Below are positions 10,596-19,423 of a DNA stretch of 64,000 bases, in pieces (positions within the stretch are counted from its first letter, which is position 1; each line of letters starts with the position of its first letter). The stretch comes from a virus: positions 1-64,000 of the IMG/VR virus record IMGVR_UViG_3300033145_001320; one strand, 5' to 3'. The notes below the pieces were generated by a model that saw nothing but the letters and a program-made list of their open reading frames with translations, was not told the DNA's origin and did no database searches. A program made the translations under genes and the position numbers.

Positions 10596-13594
10596 TTGTG
10601 ATCTACTCCGATAACAGTAAGATATGAATTTAATAACTTAACTGATTCGGGGACTGTATCTATTTCTCTTGTTTCATCTAATAATTGAGATTCAATAAAT
10701 CCACGAATGTAATTATTTTTCAAATCAATACAATCTGATTTGGTTGTTAAAAATTCAAATAAGTTATGTGGAGCATCATGTCCAATTAAACATGCTGTTT
10801 CCATTTCACCACATCGTTGACCGCCTTTATTTTTTCTTCCTCCCAATGGTTGTAGTGTTCTCCTTGCATATGCGCCGATACCACGTGCAGCTAATTTTTC
10901 TTCTGCAATATGAACCATTCTGAAAAAGTAAATATATCCCACAGCAATTTCATGCATAATCTCAGTAGCCGATACTGGGTCATGTAACTTTTCTTTAAAG
11001 TTTGTATTTGTGTATTTAAGAGCTTCCTGTAAGTCTTCCAAGCATGATGATTCAAATGGAGCTTGAATTATTGAAAGGTCTTTTATAAATGTAACATCAA
11101 TTTCCTTTGGCATCAATTCTACAAATTGATTATGATACCAAGACTCATTTGTTTTATCAATTATTTGTATATAGTCAAGAAGATATTTTTTAATCTTATC
11201 CTGTTCAACATCTTCATTTAACATTCTTAACATATTTATTTTTAAGTCTTGAACTGACATTGCAAGATGCAGTTCATACAGCTGACCAATATTCATACGA
11301 GAAATGATACCCAATGGATTTATACATATATCCAAATGACGACCATCTTTAAGTTGTGGCATTTTTTCATGAGGAACTATTCGTGAAATAACACCTTTGT
11401 TTCCATGCCTGTTTGCCATCTTATCCCCAACTTTTACTTTTCGGAAATAGACACCAAATATTTCAACTTTTATACCTGAAACTTTCTCACGTTTGAATTT
11501 GTATTTGCCGACAAATGAAGATTTATCAAGACTCTTCTCTCTAATAATTTTCATTGCCTCATCTTTATCAAATGTATCCTTAATTATTTTTTGTAAGTAT
11601 TTTTCTTTTTCTTGCTGTTGTTCTAAACGTTCTTCAATCCATTTTTTAAACTCAGGCAATTCTTCATTCCATTCATTTGCATAAAGATTTACTTCTGAAA
11701 TTATTAAATTCTTTTTAGCTTCTAACGTAATTGGTTCTGTAAAAACAGAATAGTAATCATCAGTATTTAACTTTTTAAGTTTTGCATAAGCATCTCCCAT
11801 ATTTAATCTTTCCAGATCATCTGGGAGTGGTTTGTATATATTATCTTGTAGAGACAACAATACTTTATCTGGCGTTAATGTGAATGATAAATCTTCAAAA
11901 TGGACTGATGTTAAAGTATCTTCTTCTTGTAATCTTTCAGATATAACAATTCCATCCTCATAATTATTACCATAATAAACCATAACACCTGTAAGTAGAT
12001 TTTTTCCAATATTAATATTTCCGTTATGACAGAAATTACTTTCTGCAAGAATATCACCTGCTTTGAATTTATCTCCTGGTTTCACATACAAGTTCATGAA
12101 GTCCATGTGCTCAACATATATTTTTCTGTAAGATATGTTAAAGATATCTGCTTCACCATTATTATACATGACGATTACATAATCTTTATCAATATGGACA
12201 ACCACTCCAGCATGTTTTGCTCTTTTAACAAATTGTGTTTGATCACTGTACAACCCCTCACAACCTGAAGCAATTAATGGAGAATCAAATTGTTTTAACA
12301 TGATAGATTGACGCATTTGTGATGCTGCCATTTGGAGTCTTGTTTGGTCATCATGTTTTAAAAATGGAGTCATTGAAACAGGTATAGATAGTGGTTGTTT
12401 TTCGCATATATCCCTTGTAAAGCGAAGATCCTCATCTAGGTTGACATTGGGGATTAAGTTCTGTAGAACACCGCAATTATCACGGTCTGGGGTATCGACA
12501 GGGCAAATACGACCAAACATTGTGGGACAAATATCACGTAAATGCTTTGGAATATTCTCCCTTTTGAATCCGCCTGGACCAAGCAAACTGATCCTGGAAA
12601 GCTTTGTCAATTCTTCAACTGGATTAATTGAAAAATCGAATTGTACAATATCTGATACATTACATTCTGATAAAATCTGTGTTGAATTTATATTAAACTT
12701 TGGTTGCCTTGCAGTTCGATTTGAAAAACAAAGATCGAATATGATCTTTGAAATTTTCGATGTTACAATATACTCAAAGCATCTTACACGTTTATTTGTG
12801 AAAAGCATATCATCAACAAATTCAATCTTTAAGATATATAGAATTTCATCTAACAAAGTATCTGTATAAAAGAATTTTCTGCTTATCGGATCTATCTTTG
12901 GAATCAGATCCATTGCATAAAGAACATCCTCGCCTTTTGATTTTGCATTATATTTTGAGTAGTATCTCCCAATTTCTAATATGAAATCATCTTGCGAATA
13001 CCCTCTTGATTCGTCAACAATATCAAACAAATCTCCACGCAAGACTTCAAATAAGTTATCGTCCTGTCTATCAATATCTTCCGACAGTTTGAAAATTCTT
13101 TGAACTTCTTCTAATCCATGATATGCACACAAGAATGTAGCCAAAGGAATTTTCTTTCCAAGGAAACTTATTTTAATAAAAGGCATTTCTTTATCTTTAA
13201 AAACCATGATTGTTGCAACATTGGTCCTTATTTTGATATTTGCTCCCCTTGTTACAATCGGAATATCGTATAGTTGAAACAAAGGAATCTTCTTCCTGCC
13301 ATTGACAATTATGTAGTTATCATCTATCAGCTTTGGCAGAAAAATACTTAAATCAATATTTGCAGGACCCTTTTGTAATTTGATTACTAAAGTTTGTTTA
13401 ATTGTTTTGGATAACTCTCCAGATGAGAACCTTGAATCTTTTAAATCCAATTCAGTTATTGTGAAACCAATTTCTTCAACTGGGGTAACTATTTCTCGGA
13501 CTAAAGGTAAAATCTGCTCATAATCGTTTCTTCTTAATGTGAAGATATTCTTGTCTTCGTTCTGAAGCTTGAAAGTAGGGTTGATAATGTCCAA
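10592..13594 (-). CDS. rpoB: DNA-directed RNA polymerase beta subunit, set 1 (probably non-virion RNAP)
   Basis: GRICPVDTPD, R.QMAASQMRQ, NYEDGIVISE, VGDKMANRHGNKGVIS, NPLGIISRMNIGQ and GGQRCGEME motifs; 1000 aa. Confidence 0.95.
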   Translation of the reverse strand: MDIINPTFKLQNEDKNIFTLRRNDYEQILPLVREIVTPVEEIGFTITELDLKDSRFSSGELSKTIKQTLVIKLQKGPANIDLSIFLPKLIDDNYIIVNGRKKIPLFQLYDIPIVTRGANIKIRTNVATIMVFKDKEMPFIKISFLGKKIPLATFLCAYHGLEEVQRIFKLSEDIDRQDDNLFEVLRGDLFDIVDESRGYSQDDFILEIGRYYSKYNAKSKGEDVLYAMDLIPKIDPISRKFFYTDTLLDEILYILKIEFVDDMLFTNKRVRCFEYIVTSKISKIIFDLCFSNRTARQPKFNINSTQILSECNVSDIVQFDFSINPVEELTKLSRISLLGPGGFKRENIPKHLRDICPTMFGRICPVDTPDRDNCGVLQNLIPNVNLDEDLRFTRDICEKQPLSIPVSMTPFLKHDDQTRLQMAASQMRQSIMLKQFDSPLIASGCEGLYSDQTQFVKRAKHAGVVVHIDKDYVIVMYNNGEADIFNISYRKIYVEHMDFMNLYVKPGDKFKAGDILAESNFCHNGNINIGKNLLTGVMVYYGNNYEDGIVISERLQEEDTLTSVHFEDLSFTLTPDKVLLSLQDNIYKPLPDDLERLNMGDAYAKLKKLNTDDYYSVFTEPITLEAKKNLIISEVNLYANEWNEELPEFKKWIEERLEQQQEKEKYLQKIIKDTFDKDEAMKIIREKSLDKSSFVGKYKFKREKVSGIKVEIFGVYFRKVKVGDKMANRHGNKGVISRIVPHEKMPQLKDGRHLDICINPLGIISRMNIGQLYELHLAMSVQDLKINMLRMLNEDVEQDKIKKYLLDYIQIIDKTNESWYHNQFVELMPKEIDVTFIKDLSIIQAPFESSCLEDLQEALKYTNTNFKEKLHDPVSATEIMHEIAVGYIYFFRMVHIAEEKLAARGIGAYARRTLQPLGGRKNKGGQRCGEMETACLIGHDAPHNLFEFLTTKSDCIDLKNNYIRGFIESQLLDETREIDTVPESVKLLNSYLTVIGVDHK

Positions 13595-13606
13595 GATTAG
13601 AACCTC

Positions 13607-13792
13607 CTAATTTGTATATGTCGATTTATACTCGATAAGCTTTTTCTCTAGTCTATCATCTTCGATATAATAGGGATCAACATTTAATGCGAGTGCGTTC
13701 ATTATAAGTTGTGTGAGTCGGAGATCTGGATTTGCTTTCCAGATCTCCTCGACTCTTTTTAATATTCTATCAATTCGTTCTGGATCTCTCAT
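13607..13792 (-). CDS. DUF1040/YihD-like small protein
   Basis: MRDPERI...W...PDLRLTQLI...YYIEDD pattern. Confidence 0.6.
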   Translation of the reverse strand: MRDPERIDRILKRVEEIWKANPDLRLTQLIMNALALNVDPYYIEDDRLEKKLIEYKSTYTN

Positions 13793-16497
13793 GTTATTTT
13801 TTCACCTTTAAGGATTTTATCCATAACTCCTGAATATCTTCCTTCATACAAGATACCTTGTAAGATTGATCTCTTTGGATTTGAAAATGCCATGGCAAGA
13901 ATCCAACTTTCTTGATTTGGCACAGATTGAATGCTATAATAGTCTGGTTTTATTTTATCTCTATTTGGAATCAATCTCCATTTTTGATAATTTTTCCACA
14001 TTAATTGAGCAACAACACATTCAAAATGTACGTGGTATATATCTTTGTCATACACATCAAATAGTTCTTCAACTATGCTGGTGTACGTTTTTCCTCTAAA
14101 TTTGTGAAGTAACTGTGCAACTGAAGCAAGATCCCCAATAATATCTTTTTGTTTCAATGATGGATCATCCGGATTTTGCTCACCTTTAATAACAGCAGAA
14201 CCTGAAGTATGAAAAGTTCGCAAAACTAATTGAGTTCCTCTTTCACCAAGAGTTTGTGCTGCAATAATACCAATGAATCTACTATTCAAATTCCTATATA
14301 AATCTCCATAACACTTTTTACATATCTTTGGATTTTTACAAAGAATCGGACTTCGCAATTCAATTACTTTTCCAATAATGCTTTCGTAATTGTCAGGAGT
14401 TATTTTTTCAAGAGTATCTCCATTTTTATAATATCTGTTAACTAACATTCTTGCTTTTCTTTTACTTTTAACATCAACGCTTAAGAAGTCTGTTGTACCA
14501 CAGTCATCTACATCTTCATCTATTTGTAAATTTGCACATGTGAATATTAGTTTTCTTGAAAGATAACCACTTGTTCCTGTATTAAGAGCTACATCAAGAA
14601 GACCTTTTCTACAACCATATGTTGAATAGAAAAATTCTTCTGGAGTCAAACCTTCAATTAAGGAATTTTTAATTGGCATTTGTAAAATTTCTCCATCGAA
14701 ATTTGAAATGAAGCCACGACTGAATATTAACTGTTTGACTTGATCCCAACTTCCCCTTGCTCCTGATTCAATCATATATGAATATTTAAATCCATCTCTC
14801 ATTCTTTCTGACAATGCATCATCGGAAAGAGCAATCAATTGATCTCTAGTCTCTGGTAGTGAGTAGATATCTTTTTTAATTTCAGCTAAACCATCAAGAG
14901 GAAAATCATCCAATGAAAGAGTACAACCGAATAATGTGGCATACTTAAATCCAACTCTTTTCACATTATCCAATACTTTAATTACTTCTTCGCTTGGGTA
15001 TTTATCTTTTATATCATTCAGAATATCCAAGAGTTTTCCTTTTGCAATTGTTCCTCTTACTAAAGGATAATCATTTGGTAATTGTTTATTAAATTCTGCT
15101 TCACCCCAAGTTATTTTGTTACCTTCGACTTCAATATCGTCTTTACCATTACTAAATTCCGGTAATGTTAAATAATAAATTCCTAAAATTACATCCTGAC
15201 TTGGAGTTGTTGTAAGACTTTCATTCGCTGGACTGTATAAATTCTTTGCAATTGAAATCTTTTCAATTACTTCTTCTTTTGCTTCAGGTGTAATTGGTAT
15301 ATAAACTGCCATCTGATCCCCATCAAAATCTGCATTGAATGGAGGGCATGCTAATGGATGTATTTTGATAACATGATCTAATGTTAATTTAATTTTGAAT
15401 CCTAGCATGCTTAACCTGTGTAATGATGGTTGTCTGTTCAATATGCAATATTCTCCATCCGTTACAGTTTCACACACCCTAAATAATACAGGATTGTTTT
15501 TATCAATACATTCATCAACAAAATCAATAGCTTGATTCAACAGTTTAAATTTTCCAAGTTCTAAAATACGCTTGGCAATGGGTAATTTAAATATTTCTAA
15601 AACCATTAGATAAGGAAGTTTACATTGTTCCAATTCTAATGTTGGGTCAGGAATGATTACAGCTCGACCAGAAAAATCTATTCTCTTACCAAGAATATTT
15701 CCACGAATCAATCCTTCTTTCTTTGCCATCTTTTCAAGAATACGAGTATATAATTCGTTTACATCTTTTTGTAATTGTTTAAAATAAGTATAATAGAGAG
15801 CTTTATCACGATGAATGTCAATGATTGTGCCCGACATTATTTCTTTCTTTGTCAGGATCTGAACATAATATCTGTTGATTTTATCCATCAACTGTTTGCT
15901 CTCTCCTGAGCTTTTTGATGTTGGCCGAAGTTCCGGAGGTAATACAATTATTTGATTAGTCAAAAGATTATCAATATTGTCAAGAACTAGTTTCCATTCA
16001 TCTACTCCATCACCAACATTATCCTCAGCAACTGCCTTTACTAATTCATATATAGCTTCAGTTCTTTCCCATTTTCGGGCACCTTGCGGTATTGTATCTT
16101 CGGATAATGTTACAACAAATTCTTCATCTGTCATATACAAAATACTTTTATCATTTCGCATTAAATCATCTAATGCTTTTTTGAATGTTTTCCCTGCTAG
16201 GGCAACTAATAAATCATAAAAGAGAGGGTTAACAACTTCAATTGGAATTATGATTTTTGCGAATCTTTTTCTTCGTAAATCGCTGTTAACTATATCGACT
16301 TTGCACTCACTGCATTGTCCCCCTTCTTTTGATACTCCATGATACTTGCCACATTGACAGGTATAATTTCTTACTGGACCAAAAATCTGTTCAGAGAATA
16401 ATCCATCCGGATGAAACTTTCTTTTTCCAAATGTTTTTAGAGACGTCACTTCGTCTAAATTTTCACAAAATGTATCGTAATTTAATATTTTTGGCAT
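13789..16497 (-). CDS. rpoC: DNA-directed RNA polymerase beta' subunit, set 1
   Basis: GLFSEQIFGP, Zn site CQCG...CSEC, GKRIDFSGRAVI, LNRQPSLHR, catalytic NADFDGD, SGARG, T.TSGYL.RKL and TQLVLRTFH; 902 aa. Confidence 0.96.
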   Translation of the reverse strand: MPKILNYDTFCENLDEVTSLKTFGKRKFHPDGLFSEQIFGPVRNYTCQCGKYHGVSKEGGQCSECKVDIVNSDLRRKRFAKIIIPIEVVNPLFYDLLVALAGKTFKKALDDLMRNDKSILYMTDEEFVVTLSEDTIPQGARKWERTEAIYELVKAVAEDNVGDGVDEWKLVLDNIDNLLTNQIIVLPPELRPTSKSSGESKQLMDKINRYYVQILTKKEIMSGTIIDIHRDKALYYTYFKQLQKDVNELYTRILEKMAKKEGLIRGNILGKRIDFSGRAVIIPDPTLELEQCKLPYLMVLEIFKLPIAKRILELGKFKLLNQAIDFVDECIDKNNPVLFRVCETVTDGEYCILNRQPSLHRLSMLGFKIKLTLDHVIKIHPLACPPFNADFDGDQMAVYIPITPEAKEEVIEKISIAKNLYSPANESLTTTPSQDVILGIYYLTLPEFSNGKDDIEVEGNKITWGEAEFNKQLPNDYPLVRGTIAKGKLLDILNDIKDKYPSEEVIKVLDNVKRVGFKYATLFGCTLSLDDFPLDGLAEIKKDIYSLPETRDQLIALSDDALSERMRDGFKYSYMIESGARGSWDQVKQLIFSRGFISNFDGEILQMPIKNSLIEGLTPEEFFYSTYGCRKGLLDVALNTGTSGYLSRKLIFTCANLQIDEDVDDCGTTDFLSVDVKSKRKARMLVNRYYKNGDTLEKITPDNYESIIGKVIELRSPILCKNPKICKKCYGDLYRNLNSRFIGIIAAQTLGERGTQLVLRTFHTSGSAVIKGEQNPDDPSLKQKDIIGDLASVAQLLHKFRGKTYTSIVEELFDVYDKDIYHVHFECVVAQLMWKNYQKWRLIPNRDKIKPDYYSIQSVPNQESWILAMAFSNPKRSILQGILYEGRYSGVMDKILKGEKIT

Positions 16498-16500
16498 GTA

Positions 16501-16755
16501 TTATTCTCCTTCTTCTATATCACCAAATTTCTGCATCAAGAATGAGCCAATTTCATAGAAATGTGTTTTAACCCTACTTGCAATCATTCTATCAAGATCA
16601 GGCATTAATTCATGTGCTATGATTTTAACATCATCAATTGCTAAATCAATAAGTCTTTCTCTTAGAGCTTTATCAATAAGTTTTATAATTTCGATTTCTA
16701 ATAAAGACTCATCTTCAACATTCTCAATTTCCTCCGTAAATATGTCTTTAGTCAT
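16501..16755 (-). CDS. Hypothetical acidic protein
   Basis: 84 aa, immediately upstream of beta' set 1. Confidence 0.6.
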   Translation of the reverse strand: MTKDIFTEEIENVEDESLLEIEIIKLIDKALRERLIDLAIDDVKIIAHELMPDLDRMIASRVKTHFYEIGSFLMQKFGDIEEGE

Positions 16756-16960
16756 CGGTTTCCCCTTTTTTATTTATTTTCTCTTTTGTTTTGTTCAAAC
16801 AATTATCAAATACTTCAGAGAAAACTTCAGCTGTTCGTTCAACACATGAGTCAAAAAACTTTCTAGATGATTGTTTTATATTAATTGCCAATTCGTCAAT
16901 AGCATTTAAAGTTGATTCCTTTATTTTTTCTTCGTTAGTGTTTGTTTTGTCTTCCGTCAT
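16748..16960 (-). CDS. Hypothetical protein
   Basis: 70-aa ORF overlapping the next gene. Confidence 0.55.
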   Translation of the reverse strand: MTEDKTNTNEEKIKESTLNAIDELAINIKQSSRKFFDSCVERTAEVFSEVFDNCLNKTKEKINKKGETDD

Positions 16961-16966
16961 TATCAG

Positions 16967-17302
16967 TTACCTCATATTTTTATATTCTATTTCGTCCCAT
17001 GGTGTAAAATAACAATCATCCAAATTAAAAGAGCATAACATTACCCTGATAAAATTAAGAGATTTCTCATTCACTTCCAATTCTCTTATTTTATGTGGAA
17101 TACAAAACTCTCCTGTTTGTGGATCTGCATTTGGATGTGGATTGTTTAAGGTAACTGTGTCAATTTTATCATCAACAGTTTTAATTTTATAATCTCTGAT
17201 TACAAACTTTTTACTGATGTTTGTTATTTCATGGTATTGTTTTTTAAATATAAGTTTGGTTGGGACAATAATCTCCCTAATTCTTTTTGTTTGAATTTTC
17301 AT
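16967..17302 (-). CDS. Mini E2/UBC-like protein
   Basis: HPNADPQTGEFC matches the UBC signature HPN-x7/8-C. Translationally coupled to a ThiF/E1 gene. Confidence 0.55.
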   Translation of the reverse strand: MKIQTKRIREIIVPTKLIFKKQYHEITNISKKFVIRDYKIKTVDDKIDTVTLNNPHPNADPQTGEFCIPHKIRELEVNEKSLNFIRVMLCSFNLDDCYFTPWDEIEYKNMR

Positions 17303-18159
17303 TATGCAGCGCCTGTTTCAGGTATAAGTTCGACCAAATACTTTCCTTTATTTTGTATCAATGAAATAACAAAATTATTAAATTCTTGTTTTGCTACTGC
17401 ATTAGTTAACTGCAATATAAGATCTGTACTTGATTGTAAACTATTCTTTGGCATTGAATATTCAGATAGTGGAAATAAAGATCCTCCGACACAAATATCT
17501 ACATCACTAGTCTTATTTGCTTCCATTATTGGAAGTATTGTATCAGGTAGATTTACAAACTTATCTTCTATAGCTGGACGTTCATATACAATATCACATG
17601 TCTTATTGTCAATATGTTTAACATAATCCAACTCATAATTCTGTATTAATTTATCTTTAACCAAGGTTTCGATTGTATTGTTTGATATTAACATAGCTAC
17701 TAAACTTCCAGCATGTCTAAGATCTTGCTTGTTCAATTGAACAATATATTTACCTTCTGTTTTTATTTTATACTTAACATTCTTTTTACAATCAACCATT
17801 AAATACCTTGATGAAATATATAATCTTACATCTATTTCTCTCCTTCGATCATATGTATAATCTCGACAATCCAAAACTAACTCACATGGAGGGATTTTTG
17901 TTTTCCCTTCAATAAACTTTTCATTTAAAGTTATAATTGTTAAGTCTGGATTTTTATGAGATAATATATCTGTTAATGCTTCTACCTTTGTCATACCAAC
18001 ATCAATTTGTCGATAGATGGAGTTTTTGAGATTCTTTGCTTCAACTTTATCGTGGTCTATAACTATAAGAGTCTCAAGAGTTTCAATATTAGAAAGTGCA
18101 TTGGCAACAAATCCTCCAAGGGTTCCAATGCCAATAACTGCGATTGTTTTATATACCAC
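17302..18159 (-). CDS. ThiF/E1-like adenylation protein (second E1)
   Basis: IAVIGIGTLGG, IDHDKVEAKNL, GMTKVEAL and LDCRD. The C-terminal half is divergent. Confidence 0.85.
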   Translation of the reverse strand: MVYKTIAVIGIGTLGGFVANALSNIETLETLIVIDHDKVEAKNLKNSIYRQIDVGMTKVEALTDILSHKNPDLTIITLNEKFIEGKTKIPPCELVLDCRDYTYDRRREIDVRLYISSRYLMVDCKKNVKYKIKTEGKYIVQLNKQDLRHAGSLVAMLISNNTIETLVKDKLIQNYELDYVKHIDNKTCDIVYERPAIEDKFVNLPDTILPIMEANKTSDVDICVGGSLFPLSEYSMPKNSLQSSTDLILQLTNAVAKQEFNNFVISLIQNKGKYLVELIPETGAA

Positions 18160-18184
18160 GGTCTCATTGTTCTCCTGTTATATT

Positions 18185-18213
18185 AAAATAGGGGGGTCTG
18201 AATCGACCCCCCT
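18185..18213 (-). terminator. Rho-independent terminator after the Ubl gene
   Basis: AGGGGGGTC/GACCCCCCT stem followed by ATTTT on the minus strand. Confidence 0.7.
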
Positions 18214-18237
18214 CTAACACGTTAAGCGTTAATATAG

Positions 18238-18702
18238 TTAGCAGCCTTTCTTTCCTGCGGGTTTCAGGAACTCAAGGTTATCGCTTTGTTTTAGAACATA
18301 GTCTCCGTCAACTTCTTTACCATTGATAAGTCCGGTAGAGAGTTGATCAACATTAAGAACCTCACGTAGAAATTCTCCAACCTGTTTTACGGTACGTCCA
18401 ACAACAGGGAAGTTTCCAGAAGAGGCACCACAAGAAACATGAATAGTAGTGGTAGCACGAGCACCGAATGCTCCGTCAGGTTTGGTTATAACGCTACGAC
18501 CTGTAAATTCAATACCTGTTACAGGTCCACTCTTAGAGATGCTTGCGCTGGCTGGTGCGCCATATTCTGCCATAATGGCAGCGATGACCACATCCTTGGT
18601 TTTCTTTGTCATACCAGGAATATTCAGCTCATATACACACATTCTCTTTAGTTCTCTTGAAGTTTTGTCTTCTAGTTGATCTTTAGTAAAAGTTGTTCCC
18701 AT
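18238..18702 (-). CDS. Ubiquitin-like (beta-grasp) protein with an N-terminal Rho-N/HeH-like helical domain
   Basis: The C-terminal ~70 aa show a ThiS/Ubl pattern (GRTVKQV...LINGKEVDGDYVLKQSDNLEF) ending AGKKG-C. The N-terminus LEDKTSRELKRMC..LNIPGMTKKTKDVVIAAI matches the Rho-N pattern. Lies next to E1/JAB/E2 genes. Confidence 0.8.
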   Translation of the reverse strand: MGTTFTKDQLEDKTSRELKRMCVYELNIPGMTKKTKDVVIAAIMAEYGAPASASISKSGPVTGIEFTGRSVITKPDGAFGARATTTIHVSCGASSGNFPVVGRTVKQVGEFLREVLNVDQLSTGLINGKEVDGDYVLKQSDNLEFLKPAGKKGC

Positions 18703-18721
18703 TTTTAAATCTCCTTCGATT

Positions 18722-19423
18722 TTAGTTTATTGATCTAATTTTAGAGTTTGTATTCATAGTCAGAATATCAAAATAAACTTCTGACCGTTCATAGGACTCT
18801 TTGACAACGGCATTGTAAAAAGTCCAACACATGATAGTTGCAACTCCCAAATTCGCAAAGTAGAGTTGCGGTTCTGACACAGATAGTTCCTCACAGGACA
18901 TTTCGGTAGGTAACTTATCATCGGGATTTGCGATTTCTGGATGGTATTTGCACAAGTCAGGCGTGAGATCTTTGCTTTCTCTTCGCACATACAGTTGTAC
19001 ATTTCCATCTGTAAAATCATTCCCACCGGATATTAAAATAACATTTTTCATTTCTTTACAGTAATTTGATATGACCATCCGGGTTTTGTGATTATCTACA
19101 CACATAAATATAATATCGCCTTCATGAATAACCTCACCAACATTTTCTGGTGTGATATATTCTTCAAAGACGTCAAACCGCAGTCTATCGAATTTAGCCT
19201 CCAATTCAGTCGCTTTTATGTCTGCCTTATTTCCAAGTCTTGTGAACTCTTGTCTTTCATAGTTCTTCGGTTCATAATCATCGCCGTCCACAAGCAAGAT
19301 ATCTGCGGCCATATCTTGTGAAAAGTTCATAAATCGGCATAAGCGTTCAATAAGAATAGACCCAATACCACCAAGCCCAATAACAACAATATTATGGTCG
19401 ACCATCTTTACCTCCAAACACAC
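18722..19423 (-). CDS. E1/ThiF-family activating enzyme (PRTRC-ThiF/Bub-type); true start probably MVDHN near 19402
   Basis: VVIGLGGIGS, DGDDYEPKNYERQ, GNKA, CVDNHKTR, ISGGN, putative catalytic Cys in MSCEE, and QLYFAN. Confidence 0.9.
   Translation of the reverse strand: MCLEVKMVDHNIVVIGLGGIGSILIERLCRFMNFSQDMAADILLVDGDDYEPKNYERQEFTRLGNKADIKATELEAKFDRLRFDVFEEYITPENVGEVIHEGDIIFMCVDNHKTRMVISNYCKEMKNVILISGGNDFTDGNVQLYVRRESKDLTPDLCKYHPEIANPDDKLPTEMSCEELSVSEPQLYFANLGVATIMCWTFYNAVVKESYERSEVYFDILTMNTNSKIRSIN

Noticed and set aside
10592-16497. Bacterial rpoBC locus / cellular chromosome
   Set aside because: Gene order is reversed, subunits are shortened, there are no ribosomal protein neighbours, a second RNAP pair is present, and a terminase is nearby.
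17302-19423. ThiF/MoeB genes for thiamine or molybdopterin synthesis
   Set aside because: No thi/moa genes, no CxxC Zn pairs typical of ThiF/MoeB, and E2-like and JAB genes flank them.
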